A stretch of DNA of 64,000 nucleotides from Felis catus. Taxonomy: Eukaryota. The number at the start of each line of letters is the position of its first letter. Positions within the stretch are counted from its first letter, which is position 1. The stretch covers positions 61,132,001 to 61,196,000 of the forward strand of contig NC_058377.1 in NCBI RefSeq assembly GCF_018350175.1, read 5' to 3'. Made by a program: the position numbers and the translations under genes. Below are positions 1 through 12,348 of the stretch, in pieces. A model generated the notes under the pieces. The model searched no databases, was not told where the DNA came from, and worked only from the letters and a program-made list of their open reading frames with translations.

Positions 1-735
1 AAATTGAAAAGCTGATTCTAAAATCTATATAGAAATGTAAAGTAACTGAACAAGGTTAACAAAATTGGAGGACGTAATAAAGACAGAATGCTAGTGGCAT
101 AAAGATATGAAAATTAATCACTAAATTAGCATAGGAAGCCCCCAAACAGATCTGCACATATAGTCTTAGTTGATTTTCAACAAAATGATAAGGTAATTCA
201 ATACAAAATGGATAGATTTGGAGCAATTAGATGATCATATACAAAAATATGCACCCCAAACTATACCTTACATCCCATACAAAAATAAAGTAAAAGTGGA
301 TCATAAATTTAAATGTAAAACTTAAAATTAATAAAACTTCTAGGACACATTATATTAAAGAATAATAATTAGATATACTTTTTAAATTATTGAACTGAAT
401 TTCATAAAATTTAAGAGTTTTTGTTTTTCCAAAATACAATTAAGAGAATACAAACACAGGTTACAGAGTTCAAGAAAATTTTGCAAATTAAATATGTGAT
501 AATGGACTTTCATTTAGCATACACAGAGTAGTTTCAAAATTAGATAAAGAAAACCAACCATTCAATAAATTGGAAAAGATATTTTAGTGAATTTTTCATC
601 AAAAGATATATACAGATTGAAAATCACTGCATAAAACATTCTCAGTATCATTAGTAATTAGGAAATCTATTTAAAATCTCAGTGACATACAACACACTAT
701 TATGATGTCCAAAAATTAAAGATACTGACTGAAAA
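1..735 (+). mobile_element. Ancient L1 (L1ME-like) ORF2 3' fragment; appears to resume at about 6100-6650
   Basis: Degenerate ORF2 signatures (aagctgattctaaaat = KLILK; catccc...aaaataaa...tggatcata...taaatgtaaaa); A-rich. Confidence 0.65.
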
Positions 736-1048
736 ATGTGTACTATATTTATGGGGACCTATTTCTGGCTCTGTTCTGTTCCATTGACCTATGTATTTAT
801 TCTTTTACCAATACCATACTGTCTTAATTATTGTAGATTTATAGTAAGTCTTCAGGTCAGGAAGTGTAACTTCTCCAACTTTGTTCTTTTCCTTCAATAT
901 TGCATTGGCTACTCTGGGGCTCTTGTTCCACTTCATATAAACTATAAAATCAGTTTTCCAGTATACACAAGTAACTTCCTGGGATATTGATTGGGATTAT
1001 AAGAAATCTATACATCAAGTTGGGAAGATCTAACATCTTGACAGTACG
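736..1048 (-). mobile_element. Old L1 (L1MC-like) ORF2 fragment, antisense; further piece at about 6015-6065
   Basis: tgttccattgacctatg...ccaataccatactgtcttaattattgtag...tatagtaagtct is the reverse complement of the L1 ORF2 YYKATVIKTVWYW region. Confidence 0.7.
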
Positions 1049-2144
1049 TCATCTGGTTCTGGACTTCTGTTTATTGTTTTCTTTTGTTTCTTTTGTTTTG
1101 TTTTGTTTTTGTTTGTTTGTATGTGTTTTCTTTTACTGATTCAATCTCCTTGCTGCTAATAAGTCTGTTCATATTTTTTTATTTCTTGCTGCTTTAGTTT
1201 TGGTAGGATATATGTTTCTAGGAATTTATCCATTTATTCTTAGTTGTCTACTTTATTGGCATATAGTTGTCATAATATTCTCTTACAATCATTTGTATTT
1301 CTGTGGTGTTGGTGTTATTTTGTCTCTTTAACTTGTGAGTTTGTTTATTTGATTTATTTCTTATCTTTATAAGTCTGGCTAGAGATTTATCAATTTTATT
1401 GATCTTTTCAAAGAAACAACTATTGGTTTCGTTGAACAACAGTTCAATAATAATAATGAAACTATTATTTTCTTAGTTCCTATGTCAATTTTTTCTGGTA
1501 TAATCTTTATTATTTTCTTCATTTTGCTAGGTTTGTGTTATTTTGTTCTTCTTTTTCTAGCTCCTTTAGGTGTAAGGTTAGGCTGTTTATTTGAGATTTT
1601 TCCTGCTTCTTGATGTATGCCTGTATTGCTCTAAACTACCCTGTTAGAAATTTTTTGCTGTATCCCAAAGATTTTGGACCATTGTATTTTAATTTTTGTT
1701 TGTTCCTATGCACTTTTCTTATTTCCTCTTTGATTTCTTCATTCACTCATTCATTGTTTAGTAGCATATTGTTTAACTTTCATGTGTTTTTGGCCTTTCC
1801 AGATTTTTCCTGGAGGTTATTTGCAGTTTCATTAACATTGTGGTCAGAAAAGATGAATGGTATTACTTTAATATTCTTGAATTTGTTGAGGCCTGTGTTG
1901 TGAGCTACTATGTGATCTATTCTGGAGAATTTTCCATGTTCACTTGAAAAGAATGTGTATTCTGCTGTTTTAGGATGGAATATTTTGAACATATCTGTTA
2001 AATACATCTAATCCAATATGACATTCAAAGCCACTGGTTCCTTGTTGGTTTTCTGTTTGGATGATCTGTCCATCGATGTATGTGGGATGTTAAAGTCCCC
2101 TACTGTTATTGTATCACTATTAATTATTTCCTTCATTAAAATTT

Positions 2145-2350
2145 TTTATTAGTTATTTTTTTATTTTAGAGAGAGAGAGAGAGAGTTTGTATGAGAGCAG
2201 GGGAGAGGGGCGTAGGGAGAGAGTGAATCCCAAGCAGGATCCATGCCCAGCACAGAGCCCAGTGTGGGGCTTGATCCCACAGTCCTGGGATCATGGCCTG
2301 AGTCAAAATCAAGAGTCTGATGCTCAGCTGACTGAGCCACCAGGTGCCCC
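2145..2350 (-). mobile_element. CAN-SINE (older carnivore/feliform SINEC)
   Basis: Reverse complement reads GGGGCACCTGGTGGCTCAGTCAG...(CT)n, A tail. Confidence 0.9.
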
Positions 2351-2394
2351 TTTATGTTTGCTTTCCTGTTAGGTGCATAAATATTTACAATTGT

Positions 2395-2589
2395 TTTTTG
2401 TTTTGTTTTTATTTTAAAGAGAAAGAGAGAGCTCGTGAATGGGAGGGGCAGAGGAGAGAGACTCTTAAGCAGGCTCCACCACACCCAGCACAGAGTCTGA
2501 TGCAGGGGTTGATCTCACAATGGTGAGATCATGATCTGAGCTAAAATCAAGAGTCAAATGCTCAACCAACAGAGCCACTCAGGTGCCCC
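2395..2589 (-). mobile_element. CAN-SINE with TSD aatattta(c/t)aattgtt
   Basis: tRNA-derived head, CT tract, A tail; flanking direct repeat near 2380 and 2590. Confidence 0.9.
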
Positions 2590-3465
2590 AATATTTATAA
2601 TTGTTACATCTTCTTGTTGGATTGCCCCCTAAATGATTGTATAGTGTCCTTCTTTGTCTCTTGTTACAATCTTCGTTTTAAAGTTTATTTTGTCTGAGAT
2701 AAATATTGCTGACTTGGCTTTTTTTTTTCATATCAATTTGCATTATAAATGCTTTTCCATCCCCTCATTTGCAATCTGCATGTGTCTTTAGGTCTGAAAT
2801 GAGTCTCTTGTAGGCAGCATATAGATGGGTCTTTTTTTTTAAATCCATTCTGTCACCCTATGTCTTTTAATTGATGTTTTTAGTCTATTTACAATCGAAC
2901 TAATTATTAATAGGTGTGTATTTATTGCCATTTTGCTGCCTGTTTTATGGTTGTTTTGTAACTCTTTTCTGCTACTTTCTTCCCTTGCTCTCTTTGCTCA
3001 CAGTAAGTTGGTTTTCTTTAGTGGTATATTTAGATGGCTATATCTTTATTTTTTGCATATCTTTATTGATTTTTGATTTGTGGTTACCATTCAGTTTGTA
3101 TATACCACCTTCCATATATAGCAGTCTATATTTAAGTTGATGGTAGCTTGGGTTTAAACCCATTCTTACTCCTCTCTTCCCCACCACTTTTTGGGAAAAA
3201 GTGTCACACTTTCCATCCTTTTATTTTGTGAGTCCCTTGATTGATTTTTATAGATATGCTTATTTTTACTGCTTTTGTGCTTCTTGCTTTTCTAACTCTT
3301 GCTTGAGTAGAAAAAATCTTTTCTACTCAAAGATTTTTCTTTAACATTTCTTGTAGGGGTGGTTTAGGGGTCATGAATTCCTTTAACTTTTTTTGTTCGA
3401 GAAACTCTTTATATCTCCTTCATGATACCCTTGTTGGATAGAGTATTCTTGGCTATAGATTTTTT

Positions 3466-3671
3466 CCTATTTATTTATTTTTTATTTTACAGAGAGAGAC
3501 AGAGCAGCATGAGAGGGGGAGAGGGACAGAGGAAGAGAGAGAGAATATCTTATGCAGGCTCTATGCCCAGTGCAAAGCCCAATGCAGGGCTTGATCCCAA
3601 GACCCTGGAATCATGAGCTGAGCCAAAATCAAGAGTAGGACACTCGAGTGACTGAGCCACCTAGCTGCTCC
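3466..3671 (-). mobile_element. CAN-SINE inserted in L1 ORF1
   Basis: SINE body; flanking tagattttttt on both sides. Confidence 0.88.
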
Positions 3672-4319
3672 ATTGGTTGTAGATTTTTTTTTTCTTTTCA
3701 GCATTTTGAATATGTTTTGCCACTCCCTTCTGGCCTGCAAAGTTTTTGCTGAAAAATCAGCTGAGAGCCTTATGGGTTTTCCCTTATATATAACTGCTTT
3801 CTTTTCTCTTACTGCTTTTAAAATTCTCTCTTTATCAATACATTTTGCCATCTTAATTGCTATGTGTCTTGTTATAGACCTCTTTGGGTTGATTTTGTTT
3901 GGCAATTTCTGTGCATCCTGGATCTGGATTTCTGTTTCCGTCCCCAAATTCAGAATGTTTTAAGCTATTATTTCTTCAAGCAAATTTTCTGATCCCTTTT
4001 CTTTCTCTTCTCCTTCTAAGATTCCTATAATGCAAATATTATTACACTTGATGGTGTTACCAAGTTCTCTAAGTCTATTCTCATTTTGCATAATATTTTT
4101 TCCTCTCCCCTGCTCTGCTTGATTACTTTCCATTTCTCTGTCCTCCAGTTTGATTTGTTCTTCTGCTTTGTCAAATTTACTATTTATTCCATCTAGAGTA
4201 TTTTTAATTTCATTTATTGTATTCTTCATCTCTGTTTGGTTCTTTCTTATTCCATTGTTAAGGGTCTTACTGATGTCTTCTACTCTTTTCTCAAGTCCAG
4301 TATCTTTATAATAATGACT

Positions 4320-4350
4320 TTTTTAAAGTTTATTTATTTATTTTTGAGAG

Positions 4351-4397
<47 letters not shown>

Positions 4398-4553
4398 AAG
4401 GGAGGGGCAGAGAGAAGAGAGACAGAATCCAAAGGAGGCTCTGCAACATCAGTGCACAGCCTGGTGCTGGGTTCAAACTCATGAACTGCAAGATCTTGAC
4501 CTGAGCTGAAATCAAGAGTCAGACACTTAACTGACTGAGCCACCCAGGTGCCT
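4320..4553 (-). mobile_element. CAN-SINE with expanded (GA)n tract
   Basis: gactgagccacccaggtgcc head; (AG)n at about 4353-4393. Confidence 0.9.
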
Positions 4554-6099
4554 CTATGATCATGACTTTATATTCTCTATCAGGCATATTACTTACCTCC
4601 ATTTTGCTTAAGTCTTTTGCTATGATTTTGTCCTGTTCTTTGATATATACTCTTCTGTATCCTCATTTTGTTTAACTCTGTGCCTGTTTCTGTGTGTTGG
4701 AAAAGATAGCTATATCTCCTGCACTTGAAAGTAATGGCCTTATGAAGAAGTCCTGTAGTGCTTTGCTGTGCAGTGTCCTTTGTTCACTGGAAACTGGCAC
4801 TTCATAGGTGTCTTTTATGTATGATGTGTGTGCCCTACTATTGTGGCTGGGACACTTTTTCCTTCAGTCCAGTCATCTGTAATGTCTCTCTTTGCCTTTT
4901 GTGGGCAGTGTTTGGTCCCTGTGGTGTTAGTGGGCCAGTCTGGGGATACCGTGGGCTTTAGTTGACGCAGATCAGGCATTTTCTGGAGACGCAGTAGCAC
5001 CAAAGGGTGTTTTTCCTGTGGTGTCCTGAGAAGCTTTTTTTGTTGGGCAGAGCCTGCAATCAGACCAATTGTCTCCTTTCAGCCCACTGCTGGGTCTCTA
5101 TCTAACTGGTATATGGGATTATCTTTCCTTTTCTCTAGGGCAGGACTCACTTAGGAATGGTGTTGACACTCTAGTGCTGCTTGCACACTGCCTAGTCTAT
5201 GGCACCTCTTTGTATGGGCTCTTGCCAATAGCACATTGGCGAAGGCAGATCTGCTGAAGTACAAGGCAGCAGGGTGCCATGTGTCAGGGCAGCTACATCA
5301 CCCAGACGGAGGCAGGCTGTCCAGAGGTGTGGATTGGTGGAACCACAGTGTGTGTGTGGAGGGGTGGAGGGTGAGGCAGTGCTAGCAAGTTAGGTGGGGA
5401 GTCCACAGTTGACCCTGTGTTTACCCCGGGGAAGGGAAATGGTGTTTGCCAGTTGTCTTCCTGGAGGAGTTCCCTAGAGATTTCTATCCCTCCAGGACAC
5501 ATTTTGAGATTAGTAAATAACTCACTCCTAGGCGTCTTTCAAACTGCTGCTTCTAGGTTGTTTGTTGTGCTGTCTCTTTAAGGGCAAGGACTCAGTGTCC
5601 TCTCCTTCCAGGCTCTCCCAGAGGCCAACACACTGTTTGTTTGTTTGTTTGTTTGTTTTTTAATTCCAGGTTTTAAGTCCTTCTGGTTGTAGGAACTTGG
5701 TGTTATGGTAATGTTATGGTGATTTGTCTTCTTCATGTGGGCCCCTGGTTTGAGGGTTTGATTCTTTCCCCTCTATATGCCTGCAGCATCCCTCACTCTT
5801 GTGGACAGTCCCAAAAGTCTATTAGTTCCACCTGCATTGCCTTTCTACCCTTTTAGGTGTGGTCTCTTCTTTATATTTAGTTGTGGAGTTTCTTCTGCCA
5901 GTCCTCAGGTCATTTTCTGGGGTATTACCACTGATGTGAGTGATATCTAGTTGTATCTGTGGGATGAGGTGAGCCCAGGGTCCTCCTACTCTGCCATCTT
6001 TCCAAGAAGTCTGGGAAGTAATTGAGTTTTGTATATTAACCTTGTATCCTGCAACCTTGCTTATTACTGCTAGGTAATTTTACCTATGATAATTGCATC

Positions 6100-6650
6100 A
6101 TACGTTCACAGACAGTTTTATACACAAACATTCAGAGTTGCTTTATTCACAATGTCCAAAAACTGGAGCCAACTCAAATATTTATCAATTGTGACTTGAT
6201 GGAAAAACTCAGGTATATCCACATACTATAATACCATTCAGAATTATAAAGGAATAAGTTGATGATACCTACCACATGTGGATAAATCTTAAAATAATAT
6301 GCTTAGTGAAAAAAGAATATACAAGAAGAAAATAGACATACTGTATAATTACATCTATATAAAATTTGAAAGCAAAACAAACAAACAAAAAACAACCAAA
6401 ACAAAACAAAAAACCCCAAACTAATCTACAGATGAACTACTATTGCTTGGGAAAGCAGGATGGATTTCAGGAGAAGACAATAAGTGTGTATTTCATAGTC
6501 ACATGAAGAAATTTAATAAAAGGTATGTTTATTATCTTGGGAATTCTTTCACAGTTGAATACATATGGAAAAATATACTAAATTGTATATTTTAAATATA
6601 TTCACACTACTGTATATCAGAAAGGAATAAATTTGTAAAAGCATATGAAA
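6100..6650 (+). mobile_element. Ancient L1ME-like 3' end
   Basis: gctttattcacaatgtccaaaaactggag; gtggataaatcttaaaataatatgcttagtgaaaaaag; catactgtataattacat. Confidence 0.6.
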
Positions 6651-6659
6651 AATATCCTC

Positions 6660-7070
6660 AGTGACTGCCATTCTTACTCATAATATAAGGCAAAGACATT
6701 AGCATTACCTGGGTGTTCTACATGTGGGGTTGAAATATCCTTGAACTTTTTCTTCTACTATTTCTCCTTTGCATTCTCCATATGACTCTCAAACTATATT
6801 CGCTTCCTCATTTCTTTTAGATTTAAAAGACAGTGAAAAATGTAGTGCTTTTTTCTTCCAATTTCCTCTTATCAGAGTTTGCCCTGTTAAATCTTCTGTT
6901 GTTTTCAAATACTTTCTTACATACCATCTACTAAATGATGTTTTCTTGATAACCCCAAATAGAAATAGACCTTCCACCACATACACAATAACCTCTCAGT
7001 CTGCTATCTTTATTTTTTTCCATAGCATTTATCTCTGTTTTACTGTATTTATGCTTAAAATTTTGTATTG
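6660..7070 (+). mobile_element. L2 fragment, split from its 3' end at about 10340-10490 by an L1 insertion; strand tentative
   Basis: L2-like pyrimidine-rich body; distal piece ends gggcacattacagatacttactagatacttgctgagtggatagatgaatg (L2 3' terminus). Confidence 0.5.
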
Positions 7071-7529
7071 ATAATACAGGCCAGTCTTGCCAAAATGCAA
7101 TGAGTCCACTATAGCCAATTTCTCCAACAGATTAAAACTAAAACCTGAACAAAATACAAAACAGTTGCCACAGATTTCTATAAAGTTAGCAAATCAATCA
7201 AGTCAAAACAGAAAGTAAATTTTGAAGAAGCAACTTGTATCATGTAGGTTCTCAAGAAAATTTTTCCCCTATGTGTTTCCTTCCATTGATTAGAAAGCAA
7301 GTATCCAACAGAGAGACGATAGATTGTACAGGGAGCAAAAATGCAAGATATACCTCATTGTTTTCTAGACAGAGAATCAGGAGAAATGCGTCTGTGAGCT
7401 GGAGACAAAGAGGAGGATCCTCCTATTTCTTCTTTGTTTTTCTACTAGATCTGACTGAAAGTTATATCTCAGTCACAGAATAATACAAACAGCTAAAACC
7501 CCAAGAGAAGGTTTATCTTTCTGGCCAGA

Positions 7530-7743
7530 AAGAAATAAAAAAAGAAAGAGAAATAAGGAAAATAAAGAAATAAGGAAATAAAGAAAAAAAGAAGGAGGGA
7601 GAGAGGAAGGAAGAGATGGATAGAAAAGGGGAAAGAAAGAAGGAAGAAAGGAAGGGAGGAAGGAAGGGGGAAGGGAAGAAAAGAGAAGGCTAGTATTTGA
7701 GAATGTGTGTGAAATTCTTATTGTTATCCTTTGTTTTCTTTCT

Positions 7744-7790
<47 letters not shown>

Positions 7791-7822
7791 CTTTCTTTCC
7801 CCCTTCCTTCCTTTCCTACTTC
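7530..7822. repeat. GA-rich tract followed by (CTTT)n/TC-rich tract
   Basis: Direct reading: about 7530-7690 purine run, about 7728-7822 pyrimidine run. Confidence 0.9.
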
Positions 7823-9448
7823 CCCAAGGGTGGTACCCATTTTGATGATATGGTGATACATACCGCTAAATTCTACCAGAAAGGCTGTCTTTCTGGTCAT
7901 GGAGATGTGAGAGGTGACTCCTGACAACTACAGAATATGAAAAGAATCCTGGAGAAGAGAGAGCTGAATAGGTAGCTCCTTAAATTCTGTATATGAACTG
8001 ACACCAACTATGAGCTTACTCCTGAGCTGCACATGCATAGGACAGATCCAACAAAACACAGTAAAGGCACTGAGAACTCAATTACTATATAAACCATCTC
8101 CAAATCTCAGGATGAGGGACAAAAGCATCCATTAGAACCAACACAGGAAGCAAGATAGGACTTGTAGTCTGAACATAACCAAATTGATTTCCCGGAAAAG
8201 ATAAAATCAACCTTATACAAAGGATTTTAACAAGATCTATATTCAAAATGTTCATGATAAAAAAAATTTTAAATATTAAACATATGAAAAACCAGAAAAC
8301 ATGTGATTATCAAGGGAAGGAATGATCCACAGATTCCAATCCCAATATCAGTCAGACGTTGGAACTGTCATACAAAAACTCTAAAGCAGTTATGACAATT
8401 ATTCTTTATGACTTAAAGGTAAACACTGTTGAAGGATGTGAAAGAGAGGTCGTACACAGAGATAACAAAGTATAAAAAAAGAACAATGTCATCATTTTAT
8501 AAGTAAAAGTCTTAAATCTGAAATTCATCAGATTAGCTCAATAGCAGAATGAAGAAGAAAGTGTAAACTCGATTAAGAAAATGATTAAATCTGGAGAATA
8601 GAGAAAAAATATTAAAATCATGAACAGAACTTCAAGGATGTAGAACACATAAAAATCTCTAATATTCATGTCACTGGTGTCCCAGAAGGAGGAAAAAAAA
8701 ATATTGGGCAGAGAAATATATTTAGTGAAACAATAGGAAATTATTTTTAAACTTGGTAAAAGATATAAATTCATAGATTTTTAAAACTTCTTGATCCCTA
8801 AACAAGTAAACTTAAAGAACAGCATACGTATAGAAAGAACATATTGAATTGGTAAAAATCAAAGATAAAGAAAATTTATTGCAAAGAGCCAGAAAAATAA
8901 GTCATTATGTGAAGATGAACAATTTGAATGAGTGTAATTTCTCATAATGAAGCTTAAAGTCCAGAAGACAGTGGAACAGTATTTTTAAGCGCTAAAATTT
9001 ATTTTAAAAAAAACCAGTTAACTCAAAATTCAGCACACAGAGAAAATATATTTCAGGAATGCAGATGAAATAAAGGCTTTGCCAGCTGAGGAAAATCTGA
9101 GAGAATCCATCACCAGCAGCCAGTCTCAACATGAAATTCTAAAATGACTTATGGTTGAAGAGAGGTTATACAAATTTGAAAATTAGGAGATCAGTAGTAA
9201 AGGGAGAGCAACAGAAATTATAATTATATGGTTAAATATGAAAGTCACTTGCTCCAGTTGTTTAAGATAACTTTTACATAGCTTTTGTGGGGTTTCCATG
9301 CATGCAGATGTACATTTGACAACTGCAACATGTAGGGAAGTACAGGATCCCATAAAAGTAAGGTTCTTTTACATTTCACTTGATGTGGTAAAATATTAAC
9401 TCTAAGTCAATTGTGAAAGGTTAGGTATGTATGTCACAATCTGTATAT

Positions 9449-9636
9449 CAGTGGTTCTCAGTCCTATTTGCTCCCAGTCAGACATTTGGTAATTTCTAGA
9501 GATACCATTAGTTGTTAGCAGTATCTAGCAGCCATAGACCAGAGAACGTGCTAAACATCCTGTAGTGCACAGGACAAACTTTCCATCAAATTATTATCTG
9601 GCTGAAAATAGTAACAGTGTCACAGTTGGAAAACTG
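9449..9636 (+). mobile_element. MER20 (hAT-Charlie DNA transposon) inside the L1
   Basis: cagtggttctca...gacatttgg...gctaaacatcctgtagtgcacaggaca...ttatctggc...gttggaaaactg matches the recalled MER20 consensus; TIR-like ends. Confidence 0.8.
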
Positions 9637-10821
9637 TGATCTAGAGCAATCCCTACAAAATAAAATAAAATAAACTAGATTATAGCCAAAAACCAATAGA
9701 TAGATTAAAACTCAATACTAAAACTATTTAAATTCAAAAGTAAGCAGTGGGGGGAGGGGATGAATAAGAACAACAAACAGATCAGACTTACGGGAAACAC
9801 ATACAAAAATGGTAAACTTAAGCTCAACCATATCATTAATCACATTAAATGGTACTGGTCTAAACACACCAATTTAAGACAGAGATAGTGAAATTGGATA
9901 AAAGAACAAGATCCAACTGTATTTGTGTACAAAAAACTCCTTTAAATATAAATACATAGATAGGTTAAATTAAAAAGTTGGAAAACACATGCCATGTAGA
10001 CAGTATGTAAAAGAGGAGGAAGTGGCTATATTAATATAAGACAAAGTAGAATTCAGAATAAGAGATACTGTCAAGGATAAAGACGGGTATTATATCAAGA
10101 TAAAAGAAGATAAATGCATATGCACTTAAGTGCAGAGTTCAAATTACATGAAGAAAATTGATGAAATGAAAGAAAATATTGTCAGATCCACTATTGTATT
10201 TGGAAAACTTAAGATTCCTCTTTCAGTATCCATCAGCAATAAAAAGGTGTGGGATACAACCAGAAGTAGATTAGACTAAAATTTGTAACATTAAATATTA
10301 CTAGAAAAGTCCCCCTTATAATCAGTATACATTAATTACTTTCATTTACTATCTTTACGTATTGCCTATCAGCTTCACTAAGGGAAATAATTTTGCTTCT
10401 TTTGTTTACTGTCATGTCTTCTATGCCCATATAAGTGTTGGGCACATTACAGATACTTACTAGATACTTGCTGAGTGGATAGATGAATGCAAAATCAGTC
10501 ATCATTTTATTTTATTTGCTCATTTCAGGAATAACAGTTCTAATTCTTTGAAATTTTCCACAAGTTTGAAAGATACACAGTGTTTGCACTAGCAGTGGGA
10601 ATGACTCACTTTGCAATCCATATCAATTCTCAAGGGAGTTCCTAACATGCACCCTTCTCATAAGTTGCAAGCTGAAAGCTCTGTGGCCTACCCAACATTT
10701 TTCTCTTCTGCCCATCTCTCACCAACTTTCCCTATGGTTACAGTGAGAGGACAAATCAACCCAATGCAGACTGCCATCTGGATTATCTAGTTGAAAATTC
10801 CCCCATTAAAAAAGATAAAAA

Positions 10822-11028
10822 GGGGCATCTGGGTGGCTCAGTCAGTTAAGCGTCGGACTTTGGCTTGGGTCATTCTCATGGTTCTTGAGTCCGAGCCCTG
10901 CGTCAGGCTCTGTGCTGACAGCTCAGAGCCTAGAGCCCGCTTAGAATTCTGTGTCTCCCTCTCTCTGCCCTTCCCCAGTTCATGCTCTGTCTCTCTCTCC
11001 TTCAAAAATAAATAAACATTAAAAAAAA
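10822..11028 (+). mobile_element. Felid CAN-SINE (SINEC_Fc-like)
   Basis: ggggcatctgggtggctcagtcagttaagcgtcggact...tgtgctgacagctcagagcc...aaaaataaataaacatt. Confidence 0.92.
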
Positions 11029-11149
11029 GCCACAGTCAGATTGATGTTCTTATTTGGTTAATCTTATAAAATAAACTAATAAACATGTTTCATAAAGACA
11101 CTGAGAAAACAAACACAAAACACACAGAAGAATTATTTCATAGACTGAA

Positions 11150-11340
11150 ATAATATCTTTATTAGGTGCTACAATATACTAGAAACAGTACTAAACACTT
11201 TGTAACCATTAACTTATGACATAGGTATTGCTGTATCTGTTTTACATGTGCATGTTAGTTAAATATAACTTCCACTTATGGAAATAGTAAGTAAGAATTA
11301 AGATTCTAATACTTGGTCTTGCTGAAGCTAGAATCTAAGA
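11150..11340. mobile_element. MIR fragment
   Basis: tttattaggtgctac...actaaacacttt...ttttaca...aagattctaa...gctagaatc. Confidence 0.45.
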
Positions 11341-11400
11341 AATTTATACCAAAGAATTACAAGAGGATGGGAATAAGTGGAAAAATAAGACCCAGAATTC

Positions 11401-12348
11401 TCAGCTGATTTTAGTCATGAATAATTGTTGAACACATTCTCGGATCTGTCTGGTCCTTACTCCATAGATGATAGGGTTCAGCATAGGTGGTACCAACAAG
11501 TACATGTTGGCCAGCAGGATGTGGGTGTGGCGTGGTATATGCTTACTAAAACGGTGGGTGAGGAAGGAAAAAAGAGCAGGGATGTAGAAGGTGAGGATGA
11601 CACACACATGGGACCCACAAGTGCTGAGGGTCTTCAACCTGGCATCATTAGAAGGGAGATTAAATACAGTACGAAGTATCTGTACATAGGACAGAGAGAT
11701 GCATGTCACATCAGTCCCAACAATTAAGACAATGACTGCCAAACTATAAAGACTATTGATGGAAATGTCAGCACAAGCCAATTTCACCACAGCCATGTGC
11801 TCACAGTATGTGTGGGGGACTACATTGGACTGGCAATATGGCCATCTCCTTACCAGAAATGGATGTGGTGTCATTAGTACTAACCCACGTAGAAGTGCCA
11901 CTATGCCAACTCGAGCCACCACAGTATTTGTAAGAATGGATGTGTGTCTCAGCGGATTGCAGATTGCCACATACCGGTCAAGTGCCATGGCCACAAGAAG
12001 CCCTGACTCCACCCCAGAGAAAGCATGGATGAAAAACATCTGAGTGAGACAGGCATGGAAGCCGATTTCATGATAATTGAACCAGAACATACCCAACATC
12101 TTGGGAAGAGTGGAGGTTGACAAGATGAGGTCTGTGATGGCCAACATGGAAAGAAAATAGAACATGGGTTCATGGAGAACAGTCTCAGTTTTGATGATAA
12201 AAAGGATAAGTATGTTTCCCATGAGCGCCACAATATACATTGAGCAGAAAGGGATGGCTATCCAAATATGCAAATATTCTAGGCCAGGTATGCCCATCAG
12301 GAAGAAGGTACTAGGATTGGTGAATGCAGTGGAGTTAAAGTCAATCAT
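11401..12348 (-). CDS. Class I olfactory receptor, OR52 family, intact (315 aa from MIDFNST; in-frame upstream ATG at 12420 would add 24 aa)
   Basis: Open ORF with OR motifs GIPGLE, GN, LHEPMFYFL, MALDRYVAICNPLRH, HTYCEHMAVVKLAC, KTLSTCGSH, THRF, PPMLNPIIYGVRT; N-terminal N-x-S/T sequon (NST). Confidence 0.95.
   Translation of the reverse strand: MIDFNSTAFTNPSTFFLMGIPGLEYLHIWIAIPFCSMYIVALMGNILILFIIKTETVLHEPMFYFLSMLAITDLILSTSTLPKMLGMFWFNYHEIGFHACLTQMFFIHAFSGVESGLLVAMALDRYVAICNPLRHTSILTNTVVARVGIVALLRGLVLMTPHPFLVRRWPYCQSNVVPHTYCEHMAVVKLACADISINSLYSLAVIVLIVGTDVTCISLSYVQILRTVFNLPSNDARLKTLSTCGSHVCVILTFYIPALFSFLTHRFSKHIPRHTHILLANMYLLVPPMLNPIIYGVRTRQIRECVQQLFMTKIS

Larger units (their letters stand above)
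1050..6010 (-). mobile_element. Carnivore-type L1, 5' half only (5'UTR, ORF1, ORF2 endonuclease region), interrupted by four SINEs
   Basis: ORF1 peptides (3561-3947 KDKERILKA/GKPIRLSADFS; 3960-4229 coiled coil); ORF2 EN peptides (1780-2007 FHPKTAEYTFFSS..FSRIDH; 1248-1439 FFEKINKIDKSLARL); 5' end with YY1-type AAGATGGC (gccatctt at 5993-6000). Confidence 0.9.
7075..10230 (+). mobile_element. Old L1M element: 5' region, degenerate ORF1 and start of ORF2 endonuclease
   Basis: ORF1-like 8560-9130 (ggtgtcccagaaggag; aaagataaagaaaat; ccagaagacagtggaac); EN start about 9830 (atcacattaaatggtactggtctaaac, ITLNxNGLN-like). Confidence 0.75.

Noticed and set aside
10822-10900. tRNA-like A and B boxes in SINE heads as tRNA genes
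   Set aside because: They are the tRNA-derived heads of CAN-SINEs followed by a CT tract and A tail, not tRNA genes
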